From an uncultured delta proteobacterium (GTDB lineage: Bacteria > Desulfobacterota > Binatia > Binatales > Binataceae), in NCBI GenBank assembly GCA_963842085.1, contig CAWJET010000002.1:1376001-1440000 (forward strand): a stretch of 64,000 bases of DNA, read 5' to 3'. This document shows positions 10,358-19,602 of the stretch, piece by piece. A model generated the notes under the pieces. The model did not search any database, had not been told where the DNA came from, and worked only from the letters and a program-made list of their open reading frames with translations. How positions within the stretch are numbered: the first letter of the stretch is position 1; the number at the start of each line of letters is the position of its first letter. Made by a program: the position numbers and the translations under genes.

Positions 10358-10645
10358 ATGGATCGCGACGTGTGGAACAGCCACAAATGGTCCAGCGCTC
10401 GCGGGCGTCAGATCGAAATCGAACCCGGCAAGCCGCTCATTCAACATCGTTGCTCCCGATGCAGGCGTGACTTCGTGGAAGACGCGGCGACCGGCGAACG
10501 ATACGCCGTGTACGTTTCAGTATTCAGCTTTCGGAGACTTCCTGATCCGATTAGCAGACAATGGCTGGGGGAACTGTGTCCGGGCGCACCACTCCCCTTC
10601 GACGTTGAAGTCCGCAACAAGTTGATTGAAAATCGCGTAAAATAG
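10358..10645 (+). CDS. small hypothetical protein with HxCxxC (possible Zn-binding)
   Basis: AGGAG RBS; 95 aa; HRCSRC and a distal C. Confidence 0.7.
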   Translation: MDRDVWNSHKWSSARGRQIEIEPGKPLIQHRCSRCRRDFVEDAATGERYAVYVSVFSFRRLPDPISRQWLGELCPGAPLPFDVEVRNKLIENRVK

Positions 10646-10831
10646 CCGCCGCCCTAGCGCTTGATTGCTGCTCTCTAACCAGCACGGGATTGGCCGAGCA
10701 CCACATCGCCGCCAGAGCGTCCACTTCGCAAAGAGAACGGGCCAGCGTCGTTGTCAGCCACGCCAGCTCGAAGCCAACTGGGGGAGGGGGGTAAAGCCCA
10801 GCCAGCGATCCCGTCACTACTAAATCGCGGC

Positions 10832-10940
10832 GCGAGCGCCTATAGCCTAATCGGCTGCGGTCGCAGGTCCAATAGCTTGAGGGCGGCGCGCGATGGCAGG
10901 GCTAGCCGAAATGATCGGGACCGCTGCAACTTCCGCGCGC
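10832..10940 (+). repeat. degenerate dispersed repeat, copy B (copy C 12141-12254; partial copy A 10212-10250)
   Basis: Alignable by eye with copy C over about 110 bp; copies A and C share GCAGGGCTACCCGCGATGAT exactly. Confidence 0.7.
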
Positions 10941-11060
10941 CCAGGGTCCTCCTGTGTCGCCAGCCCGAAAGACTCGGCCTTTCGCTTTTAATGCAATCGG
11001 TCTACAAAGAGAGCATCCGTTGCCCGGCCCGGTCATAGCTAATCCTAAGGAGAGAATCTT

Positions 11061-11588
11061 ATGGCTGAATTCTCAGTCAACACTCAGCGGTTGGATCCTT
11101 ACAAAAACTATAAGTTCCGCTTGAAGTGGGACGGCAAGTACGTGGTCGGTATCAGCAAGGTGAGCGCCTTGAAGCGAACTACCGAAGTGGTCGAACACCG
11201 CGACGGCGGCGACCCGTCAACGTCGCATAAGTCGCCAGGGCGCATTAAGTACGAGGCAATAACTCTCGAACGAGGTTTGACCCAAGATCTGGCTTTTCAC
11301 GACTGGGCCGGACTGGTCTATAACTATGGCGCTGCGCTGGGCGCCGAAGTCTCTCTCGCCAACTTCCGCAAGGACATCTATCTCGAGTTCTACAACGAGG
11401 CGGGACAATTGGTCCTCGCCTACAAGATCTACCGCTGCTGGGTCTCAGAGTATCAGGCCTTGCCGGATCTGGATGCGAACGCCAACGGGATAGCTATCGA
11501 GCATATCAAGCTGGAAAATGAGGGCTGGGAGCGAGATACCAGCGTGACCGAACCGCAGGAGCCAACGCTGAGCAACGTTGCGACCTAA
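11061..11588 (+). CDS. T4 gp19-like tail tube protein (eCIS/Afp1-type)
   Basis: DPYKNYKFRLKWDG...GISKVSAL...SPGRIKYEAITLERG...WVSEYQALPDLDA...IEHIKLENEGW; AAGGAG RBS. Confidence 0.92.
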   Translation: MAEFSVNTQRLDPYKNYKFRLKWDGKYVVGISKVSALKRTTEVVEHRDGGDPSTSHKSPGRIKYEAITLERGLTQDLAFHDWAGLVYNYGAALGAEVSLANFRKDIYLEFYNEAGQLVLAYKIYRCWVSEYQALPDLDANANGIAIEHIKLENEGWERDTSVTEPQEPTLSNVAT

Positions 11589-11714
11589 ATGCGCTCCCTT
11601 TCCAACATTGATTTCCTGAATCTTTGGGAAGGCGGCTATCGGCGTCATCCAGTGAATCGAACCCTACTGGCCCTGGCCGCGCGGCTTTTCTTGACTGGTC
11701 CATGGCTGTCGTAA
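11589..11714 (+). pseudogene. N-terminal stub of an eCIS baseplate-associated protein
   Basis: ATG directly after the tube stop; MRSLSNIDFLNLWEGGYRRHPVNRTLLALAA resembles the gene that usually follows this tube type; ends after 41 aa. Confidence 0.55.
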
Positions 11715-11779
11715 CACGGCTGATTCAATGAACTGCGATCATTTTGAAAAGGAAGTTCTTGCGCTCAAGCGGAGTAAAG

Positions 11780-11947
11780 ATGAGTAGTTGGACTTTCTAT
11801 AGGATCGTGTTGTTCGCCGCGATCATATCTGTTCTCGGTTGCGCGACCTGGTTCATAACCGGCAGCAGGCTGCACGCGACCATTGTTATGGTGGCCGTAG
11901 GCGCGAGCGTGGCCTTTATGCTTTGGTTCTATCTCGACGAGAAGTAA
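11780..11947 (+). CDS. small two-TM membrane protein
   Basis: GGAG RBS; 55 aa with two hydrophobic helices. Confidence 0.55.
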   Translation: MSSWTFYRIVLFAAIISVLGCATWFITGSRLHATIVMVAVGASVAFMLWFYLDEK

Positions 11948-12028
11948 CCCCTGTCTGATCATGAAGCATAGACACGTTCTTGTGCGGTATCGGAAATTTC
12001 ATTCTGAGCTAAGGGAGGTGCGCTAACG

Positions 12029-12130
12029 ATGGAACGGATCGTAAAGTGGATATTTTACGTTGTGATCGGTCTTGGGGTCGCATACGTGTGGGTTCACTTC
12101 GAGGCACCTCACTACGACCCCTTCCGTTAG
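12029..12130 (+). CDS. 33-aa single-TM small protein
   Basis: GGGAGGT RBS; MERIVKWIFYVVIGLGVAYVWVHFEAPHYDPFR*. Confidence 0.55.
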   Translation: MERIVKWIFYVVIGLGVAYVWVHFEAPHYDPFR

Positions 12131-12140
12131 CTATTACCGG

Positions 12141-12254
12141 GCGAGCGTTTATCGTCCGATCAGCTGCGGTAGCAGCGCCAACAGCTTGAGCTGGTCGTGC
12201 GCGAGGATGGCAGGGCTACCCGCGATGATCGCAGTCGCGGCTATATCCGGGCGC
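12141..12254 (+). repeat. degenerate dispersed repeat, copy C
   Basis: Homologous to 10832-10940 and 10212-10250. Confidence 0.7.
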
Positions 12255-13310
12255 ACACGAGTCTCGGAAGTCTAAGCGGGACGGACGGAACTTCTGTCGA
12301 GGAGAGATGCATCATAATGAAAAATCAACTTTATCGGAGGCGGCCGCCGGAATGCAGCACGGTCACATGACCTCTTTCCGGCTCCGCCACTAGCGCACGG
12401 CGGGCTCGTGCTCTTGCCCTTAATCTGATCCGCTTGTAGATTGTTTCCGCGTTCGGAAAATCTACAAAGAGGTGGCGCAATGAGAATCTTCGTACGACCG
12501 CCAGACCCTGCAGGCCATCCATCCGATGGACTCGCGATGCACGCCTGCACTGTTCTCCGTCAGTCGCATATCTTCTCCGCGCGTCCAGGCGGCATCAGCA
12601 ATGGCTGCGCCGTGGTTCTCGTTAGTCCATTTGACAAGGCGGCAGCGCTCGCAACGCTGGGAAATACTGGCCTGGAAGTGTTTACCGACTAGACCACGCT
12701 CGCGGTCGGCACTTAGGACAGTCAGCTCTCTTAAGCGTTCCCGTACGCCTTGCTCTCCACCACAGTCGACTGCCGCGCAAGCGACCGCGGGCCGACCCGG
12801 AATAGCAAACGCGACCACAATTCGATCGCCGCGGGATACCAGCATGACGGGCGTCAGCGGGTTCGATGTCACCTCCCCGCCTTCGCATCATGTATTTGCG
12901 TAACCGTAGCTGGCTGACCCCCAGTGCCGCGCTTGACCCGCTTAACCGCCGATCAAGGACGCACCCGAAAGACGGTTGGCGCTGCCAATCTGCCGAATCC
13001 GATCAACGAGGTCAACATCGACGCCGAGCTGGACAACCGCTCTCGTTATTCGCCCGTCCCTACAAGCTGTTACATGGCGTGCGCGAGCGATGCATTGCTC
13101 AGGCGGTGGTGTTTTCCCCCTGTGAGAGAACGCGAATAGCAAAGACTCTGAAACTGCTGGAATGAAAACTTGAATTGAGCGTATAAATCCGACTGCGGCT
13201 ATTGAAGGCTGTACTCTAGGACTGAAGCGTATGCGCACACCTACAGGCTTGCCGGTTGCTACAAGCGTGGATTATGGTTGATGTAACGCGAGGACGGCCC
13301 GCGCATCAAT

Positions 13311-14576
13311 ATGGAGATCACTCAAATGCGTGAAGTTTCAGTAGTTGGCGCCGGGATGGTGAAGTTCGGGAAGTACCTCGACACCAGCATGAAAGTTATT
13401 GCGCGCGATGCCGTAAACGGCGCGCTTTCGAGCGCTGGGCTGGAGCAAAAACAGATCGAGGCGGCAGTGGTCGGAAACGCCGCGGCGGGCCTCATAACCG
13501 GCCAGGAATGCATCCGCGGACAAGTCGTGCTGCGCGAGATGGGCGTGGGCGGCATCCCGATCATCAACTGCGAAAATGCGTGTGCCAGCTCCTCGACGGC
13601 GTTTCATCTCGCGTGGCTGTATGTCGCCTCGGGCATGTACGACGTGGTGCTCGCGCTGGGCATGGAGAAGCTTTACCACACGGATAAGAAGCGCACCTTC
13701 GCTGCCTTCGGCGGGGCCGTCGATGTGGAATTGATGCAGCAGATGATCGCCGACATGAACGCGCAACAGGCCCAACTCAGGGCCGCGCGCGAAGCTCGCG
13801 GTGAGGGGCCCAAGAAGGCGGAGGGCGCGGGAGAATCGCGCTCGATGTTCATGGATTTCTACGCGGCAGGCGCGCGCGCACACATGAAGCGCTACGGCAC
13901 CACGCGCGAGCAGTTCGGACGCATCGCGGTAAAGAACCATCGCAACGGCAGCCTGAATCCGCTCGCGCAGTATCAGGAGGTTTACAGCCTCGAGGATGTT
14001 TTGAACTCCCCGGTGGTGGCTGAGCCGCTCACGCGGCTGATGTGTTCGCCGATCGGCGACGGCGCCGCGGCGACTATTCTGTGCGCTTCATCGGTCGCCA
14101 ATCGTTATACGAACAAGCCGGTCAAGGTTCTCGCTTCGCTGTTGTCGTCAGGATCCGATCATGGCTCCGACCAGCCAGGCGTGGTGCCTCGCGTCGCGAA
14201 ACAGGCCTACGAGAAGGCGGGTGTCGGACCCGAGGATCTCAGCGTGATCGAACTGCATGATGCGTCGGCGCCGGCCGAGTTGATGACCTACGAGGAGCTC
14301 GGCCTGTGCGAGCCTGGCGGGGGCGGGAAGATGATCGACGAGGGCGTCACTGAAATTTCCGGTCGCATGCCGGTTAATCCGTCAGGTGGGCTGCTCGCGA
14401 AAGGTCATCCGGTTGGCGCGACCGGCGTGGCGCAAATCTGCGAAGTCTTCTGGCAGCTCCGCGGCGAAGCCGGAAAGCGCCAGGTCTCGAATCCGAAGGT
14501 CGGTCTTACCGAGAATGGAGGAGGCATGGTTCGCGGCGAAGCGGCCGCCGTGTCGATCCACGTTCTCGGGATCTGA
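13311..14576 (+). CDS. thiolase family protein (SCP-x / nonspecific lipid-transfer type)
   Basis: NCENACASSS, ELHDA, VNPSGGLLAKGHPVGATG motifs. Confidence 0.93.
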   Translation: MEITQMREVSVVGAGMVKFGKYLDTSMKVIARDAVNGALSSAGLEQKQIEAAVVGNAAAGLITGQECIRGQVVLREMGVGGIPIINCENACASSSTAFHLAWLYVASGMYDVVLALGMEKLYHTDKKRTFAAFGGAVDVELMQQMIADMNAQQAQLRAAREARGEGPKKAEGAGESRSMFMDFYAAGARAHMKRYGTTREQFGRIAVKNHRNGSLNPLAQYQEVYSLEDVLNSPVVAEPLTRLMCSPIGDGAAATILCASSVANRYTNKPVKVLASLLSSGSDHGSDQPGVVPRVAKQAYEKAGVGPEDLSVIELHDASAPAELMTYEELGLCEPGGGGKMIDEGVTEISGRMPVNPSGGLLAKGHPVGATGVAQICEVFWQLRGEAGKRQVSNPKVGLTENGGGMVRGEAAAVSIHVLGI

Positions 14577-14627
14577 GCCAACTCGGCCGATGACGCGAAG
14601 CATGATCGACGGCACGGGTGAGCCTGC

Positions 14628-15710
14628 ATGAAGCTCGTTGTTCCCGCGGTGTTTCAGAGTGATTTTCTCGATACGGTCGCCCCGTATCCGATCGATCATC
14701 TCTATGGCGCGGCAGGCGGAGACGCCGGCTTGCGCGCGCAGCAATGGTTGGCGCAACCAAAAGCCGATGAGCTTTCCGCGTACGTTGCATCAGCGCACGA
14801 AAAAGGAATTTCATTTTTCTACTGCCTGAACGTTGCCTGTCTCGGTAATCGTGAGTTCACGGCTGACGGACAGCGCTGGCTGGTGGAGCATCTGGGGTGG
14901 CTGGACGATGTTGGCGTCGAAGGCGTCGTGCTTTCGAATCCGTACCTGATTGCCTTTGCGCACAAGCGGTTCCCACGGTTGAAGATCGCGGTTTCCACCT
15001 CGGTGGCCATCGACAGCGTGGACAAGGCGCAGTTTTTCGAGCGCCAGGGCGCGAGAGTGCTCTACCTGCCGGAATTCATCAACCGCGATTTTCCGTTGCT
15101 GACGCAGATCCGCAAACGCACGCGCGCGGAGCTGGTCCTGCTCGCGAATGTTGGATGCCTTCTCCACTGCCCGATCCGCCAATACCACATCAACCTGGTT
15201 TCTCATTCCGGGGAGAGCCTCGAGTTGGGCACCTATGTCGACTATCCCCTCATGTGGTGCTCTGGCGAAAAGGCGCGCGACCCGGGTCAGATGCTGAAAT
15301 CTCCGTGGATAAGACCCGAGGACCTCGGCGTGTACGAAGAGATCGGGATCGATCGATTCAAATTGGCCGGACGCGAAATGGATGGCCCGTGGGTCGAGCG
15401 GCTGACCAAGGCCTACGCCGATCGTCGCTACGAAGGCGATCTCAATGATCTCATCCTGGGGTTCGATCATCTGGAACCATACGGACGGCTGCCGGTGCGG
15501 ATTCCTAATCGGGCTCTCGACGGATTCGCGGAATTTTTTCTCAAGAAGCACGACTGCAGGACGGGATGCCGGGATTGTCGATATTGCGACGATTACGCGC
15601 ACTCGGTGAGCGTGGTCGAGGACACGGGGCGCGACGGTTTCGTGCGCCGAGTCGATCGCGCGATTGAGCGTTTTGAGAGCGGCGCGTTTCGGACCGCCAG
15701 TGGCAAATAG
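14628..15710 (+). CDS. U32 family Fe-S protein (putative O2-independent hydroxylase)
   Basis: LNVACLGN, NVGCLLHCPIRQYH, WC, WIRPEDL, FKLAGRE; extra C-terminal CxxxCxxCxxC. Confidence 0.85.
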   Translation: MKLVVPAVFQSDFLDTVAPYPIDHLYGAAGGDAGLRAQQWLAQPKADELSAYVASAHEKGISFFYCLNVACLGNREFTADGQRWLVEHLGWLDDVGVEGVVLSNPYLIAFAHKRFPRLKIAVSTSVAIDSVDKAQFFERQGARVLYLPEFINRDFPLLTQIRKRTRAELVLLANVGCLLHCPIRQYHINLVSHSGESLELGTYVDYPLMWCSGEKARDPGQMLKSPWIRPEDLGVYEEIGIDRFKLAGREMDGPWVERLTKAYADRRYEGDLNDLILGFDHLEPYGRLPVRIPNRALDGFAEFFLKKHDCRTGCRDCRYCDDYAHSVSVVEDTGRDGFVRRVDRAIERFESGAFRTASGK

Positions 15711-15716
15711 CCGGCT

Positions 15717-16892
15717 TCAGGCGGGCCGCACGCGGCGGTCGCGGAGCAGGAAATAAAAACCGGTCGGATCGATCTGCGCGATCAGACCCGAGCGAAGCCA
15801 CCCATCGACCACCGTACCGCCCGCAGGCCCCAGCGCGGACTTGACGCCGAGCTCGGCGGAATCGACCACTTCCCATCCGATGTTCAACGGCGTCCCATCA
15901 GTGGGATTGAGCGGGCGAAGATCAACACTCGGGAGCGGGATTCCCGCGGCGTCATTTAAGAACCACGCTGGATGGCTGCCGACGATTGGGCCGAGATCGC
16001 TTCGGCCAAGCAGGGTCAGTACGTCAGCGCGAATTCTGCGGCCAATTCGCAACCGACGCGAGGTGCTGAACGGCCGCTCGATGCCAACGATCAGTCCCGC
16101 AGCGATCCGTCCCGCGAGAACTTCGGCCTGGCTTTCGTCAAGCAGTAGGCCGGCGCGATTCCAGCCGCACACAGCATAATCCAGCCTGGCCGGTAGATGT
16201 TGGAGCGAGCCGTCCCAGCCCGCATAAATTGTCGCACCTCGATTCATCGCGCCAAGGAGCATCGCGAGAGTGCACCAGTTGGTCGGCGCTTCCAGTAGAA
16301 GAAGAGTTATGCCCTCGGCCAGCAGGTAGAACGCGCCGATCGAAATTCCGGTCGCCACCAGAGTGCGATGGCTGTGCAAGATCTCGCCGCGACCGTCGGG
16401 CTTGGGCATCGCCAGAATCGGCGTTCTGAAGTCCGGGCGTCCGATCCGCGGCTTTCCCGGCCCCGACATGATCTCCTCGAACGTCGCCTTCGACGCGGTA
16501 GTATCGAGAAGATTTTCGCTGACGACCAGATCGGGAACGAAAGCGTCCAGAACCTCTTTTGGCGGCCAGCCGATATGCGGGAAGGCAAGTACGTCGGCCT
16601 CGAAAGCACCGAAGAGCGCGATCAGCATCTCGCTGGGATCGGTCACCGCGATCGCGACGCGAGAGCCCCGCTCGACCCGGCTGCGGATCGACTCGCCAAA
16701 AACTCGTGCCTTGGCGGCCAGCTCTCCAAAGGTGAGGATGCCCCCCGCGCTCACTAGCGCGACTCGATCGGGCGACGACGCCGCGACCGGGTAAATCGTC
16801 GCCTCGCCGACCGTCTTCAGAGGAACATGCGCGTACCGCGGCGTGTCTTCGGGCCAGTAAGCGGCTAGCAATCCTAGTGCGCCCTTGCTCAT
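15717..16892 (-). CDS. degenerate AMP-binding (ANL) domain protein
   Basis: LTFGEL, ILHSHRTL, GIPLPSVDLR, DGWLRSG...IDPTGF resemble acyl-CoA ligases; SGTTG loop and C-terminal domain absent. Confidence 0.7.
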   Translation of the reverse strand: MSKGALGLLAAYWPEDTPRYAHVPLKTVGEATIYPVAASSPDRVALVSAGGILTFGELAAKARVFGESIRSRVERGSRVAIAVTDPSEMLIALFGAFEADVLAFPHIGWPPKEVLDAFVPDLVVSENLLDTTASKATFEEIMSGPGKPRIGRPDFRTPILAMPKPDGRGEILHSHRTLVATGISIGAFYLLAEGITLLLLEAPTNWCTLAMLLGAMNRGATIYAGWDGSLQHLPARLDYAVCGWNRAGLLLDESQAEVLAGRIAAGLIVGIERPFSTSRRLRIGRRIRADVLTLLGRSDLGPIVGSHPAWFLNDAAGIPLPSVDLRPLNPTDGTPLNIGWEVVDSAELGVKSALGPAGGTVVDGWLRSGLIAQIDPTGFYFLLRDRRVRPA

Positions 16893-18220
16893 GCGGCCGA
16901 CGCGGCCTCCTGTTCAGAAAGTATAGGAGGCACGCCTTTGAAACGAAGCGGCAGGTCTCGCACTGCGCTGATCTCCACCGGTACCTCGAACCGTCGCGAT
17001 AGCCTGGCCTTTGCTTCGTCGAGGAGACTCGCGGCTGAGCCTTCGGGCTCGGCAAGGAGGAGACGAAGCATTCCGTTGGCGAGACCCTCGCGTGTAATCA
17101 CCAATGCCGTGCCTCTCAGTTCCGGCACTTCTGTCTCGAGCGCGAATTGAACGTCGTACGGCAGCAAAGTGTTGTCACCGACAGTGAAGCAGTCTTCCCA
17201 ACGACCGAGGAGCTTGATCCGCGGCGACGGCAGGCCGCATGAACATGGCGACCTATCGATGACTCCAGCATCGCCGCCATCGTAGCGCAGATACAGCGAG
17301 CCCGCCGGGATGACACTCGAATGCACCACCGAGCCGCGCTGCCCGTCGGGGACAGGGCGGCCGCTCTTGCGATCAAGTACCTCGGCGTAGCAGGTGTCAG
17401 GCACGACATGGAGACCTTGGGCGTTGATGCAATCCACCGCAAGGAGGTTTTCGCTCGATCCCGCGATCTCCGCGACGCGTTTGATCCGGGTGATATCTTG
17501 CAGATGGGATCGCATGCCCGGTGTGATCGGCGCGCCGGTTACGACCAGCGTCTCGACTCCCGCAAATAGCTGGTCTCCGCTGGTGCTATCGCGTCGCGCG
17601 GCGGCCAGAATCGAAAATACCATCGGCAGGAACATCGTGATGAACCGTGGCCGAAAGGCCAGTATCGCATCGACGATTCGGTCGGCAAATCGCGGAAGAA
17701 AAGTTCCGGAAACCACAACGCATGGATTCTTGAAGTGCATCGCGATCGAGGGCTGGATCGAGGCGTAGGCGTGCCATGCGGGCGCCGACATGATTAACGG
17801 CGTCCCGGGACGCAAGCCCGCCCACCAATGAGCACGACTCGACGAATATCCCTGCAGCTTGCGCCATCGCCGCGTGTGCATGACGAAGGTGGTGCCGGAG
17901 GTTCCTGAACTCAGGCTGATCGTCATGCGCGCATCGAGACCCGCGGTGTAGGACTTGACGCCGAGGAATTTACTTCCGCTGTTTTGCGTGACGGCCAGCA
18001 AATCTTCCTTTTTCGATATCGGGATCGCGTGTAGGTTGTCGAGCGTTCGGAATTGAGTCGGATGGAAACCGGCCGCGGCGAAGCGCTCGCGGTAAAACGG
18101 CAACTCGTCAAACCCAAGCCGAGCTACGCGCTTGAGTTTTCCTGCCCACCATAGGTCGAGCGACGCGGGCGAAAGCCGATCGAGATCGTCGAACGGTTCT
18201 GTCCGCGCAGAGGTCAACAT
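16889..18220 (-). CDS. phenylacetate-CoA ligase (PaaK/F390 synthetase) family protein
   Basis: PFYRERF, SSGTSG P-loop, LRYDGGD, CSCGLPSPRI...GRWED. Confidence 0.85.
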   Translation of the reverse strand: MLTSARTEPFDDLDRLSPASLDLWWAGKLKRVARLGFDELPFYRERFAAAGFHPTQFRTLDNLHAIPISKKEDLLAVTQNSGSKFLGVKSYTAGLDARMTISLSSGTSGTTFVMHTRRWRKLQGYSSSRAHWWAGLRPGTPLIMSAPAWHAYASIQPSIAMHFKNPCVVVSGTFLPRFADRIVDAILAFRPRFITMFLPMVFSILAAARRDSTSGDQLFAGVETLVVTGAPITPGMRSHLQDITRIKRVAEIAGSSENLLAVDCINAQGLHVVPDTCYAEVLDRKSGRPVPDGQRGSVVHSSVIPAGSLYLRYDGGDAGVIDRSPCSCGLPSPRIKLLGRWEDCFTVGDNTLLPYDVQFALETEVPELRGTALVITREGLANGMLRLLLAEPEGSAASLLDEAKARLSRRFEVPVEISAVRDLPLRFKGVPPILSEQEAASAA

Positions 18221-19107
18221 TCCACGCGTTGCGTCCGAGGTTCCAACGGGCAGCCGCCGTTAATCAGCCTGGCCAGACCAATGTCAAAGCGGACGGCCGG
18301 GCAGGCCTGCGCGAACCGAGTCGTGATCGCGACGTGGCCCGACGACAACGCCTCCGCAAAATATGCGCTGTCCAAATGAAAGGCGCGACAGCCCGCGCAT
18401 TCTCCGGCAATCAGAAACGCCGCATCGGAACGCAAGATACGCCAGACCTTGACCCCGAGGCGCGCGGAGAGCTGGTCCGCCTGACGCCGATTTGCGCAGC
18501 CTTCAACTTCGGTGATCGCAACCCAGCGGACCCGATCGGCGAGATTGACTCCGGCAGCTTCCAGAGCCAATGAGAATGGCGCGGCGAGGTCGCGGCGAAC
18601 TATCAGCATCGATGGTTCGAGAGCTTGGACGATACCGACCATCCTGCCGGCCATCGCCGCCACACCGTCGTTGCACACTGCGGTCAGACCGAGACGCTCG
18701 GCCGCACCCCGACGCAAGTATCCGACGTAACCGCTCGACGCGAGCAGCACCAATGGGCTGGAACCGTAATCGAAAAACGCGATGGCCTCGCCTGGAGCGG
18801 TCCCCCATCGCTTCCACATGCGCCCGATTACACCAGCCCAGCGATCCAACTCGGGCGGATCGAGAGCTATCCAGATGGACGGGTCGGTGGTCGCCTCGAG
18901 TTGAAGAGCAACCTTTGGAGCCAAGCCATGGCGCACGCGGCCTGCGAAGGGGTCGCTGGAATCGGTCGCCGCGAAAGCCTCGAGCTCAGCTAGCCCCCAC
19001 GGCATCGGTCTGGCGTCGGCGCCCATGCGCTCACGATAGAACCGATATTCTGCCAGATTGCGCGAACTCGGCATTGTCGAATCAGGTACTCGCCATGATT
19101 CCGCCAA
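18214..19107 (-). CDS. degenerate PaaK-like protein
   Basis: FYRERM, AGEC...FHL, ITTRFAQACPAVRFDIG...GCP; no P-loop, short. Confidence 0.6.
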   Translation of the reverse strand: MAESWRVPDSTMPSSRNLAEYRFYRERMGADARPMPWGLAELEAFAATDSSDPFAGRVRHGLAPKVALQLEATTDPSIWIALDPPELDRWAGVIGRMWKRWGTAPGEAIAFFDYGSSPLVLLASSGYVGYLRRGAAERLGLTAVCNDGVAAMAGRMVGIVQALEPSMLIVRRDLAAPFSLALEAAGVNLADRVRWVAITEVEGCANRRQADQLSARLGVKVWRILRSDAAFLIAGECAGCRAFHLDSAYFAEALSSGHVAITTRFAQACPAVRFDIGLARLINGGCPLEPRTQRVEC

Positions 19108-19600
19108 ACGCGGCCAAGATTGCTAGTGTCAGGTTGATGTACGCGAGGCGATCCTGCCAGGCGGAAACCTTAGCCTGTGCAGCGCGCCGTTCTTCGAGGT
19201 CTCGCAGCCCTGCGGCATAGGGAAGTTTCTTGGTGAGTATCGTTCCGTACCAAAAGCCCGATAAGGTGCCGGTGATCAACAGCATCAGCCATGCAAACGC
19301 CATCAATGCGGTCCATTTCAGACGTGCAGTTTCCAAGGCTTCAGTCGAAAAGAGCAGGGGAATTTCCCCCAGCACCCAGGCACGGGCGAAGCCGGTGACT
19401 CCCAGCAAGAAGATTGCGGAGCCGCCCAGCCACATCAGTCCAGCACCGATCTTTTGCGATACAACGGCCGAATGAGCCGGCGGTATGCGGCGCAGCGCCG
19501 GCATCAGGATCCCGGTGTTAAATATGATGGACCCAACCAGCACTATCGCGGCATAAATGTGGATTGCTCTCAGGATCCGGAACAGCACCGCAATACGCAT
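19082..19600 (-). CDS. four-helix membrane protein (CopD/DUF4149-like)
   Basis: LRAIHIYAAIVLVGSIIF...LMPALRR; four TM segments. Confidence 0.7.
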   Translation of the reverse strand: MRIAVLFRILRAIHIYAAIVLVGSIIFNTGILMPALRRIPPAHSAVVSQKIGAGLMWLGGSAIFLLGVTGFARAWVLGEIPLLFSTEALETARLKWTALMAFAWLMLLITGTLSGFWYGTILTKKLPYAAGLRDLEERRAAQAKVSAWQDRLAYINLTLAILAAFGGIMAST

Positions 19601-19602
19601 AA

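Noticed and set aside
9500-12300. Integron cassette array
   Set aside because: No intI and no RYYYAAC...GTTRRRY attC pairs recognised; kept only as an unexplained repeat.
10800-12300. Intact prophage or eCIS
   Set aside because: Only a tube gene and a stub; no sheath, capsid, terminase or baseplate genes.
12270-13300. Overlapping short ORFs here, and at 24120-24730 and 55840-56300
   Set aside because: No recognisable motifs or RBS; cannot support a gene call.
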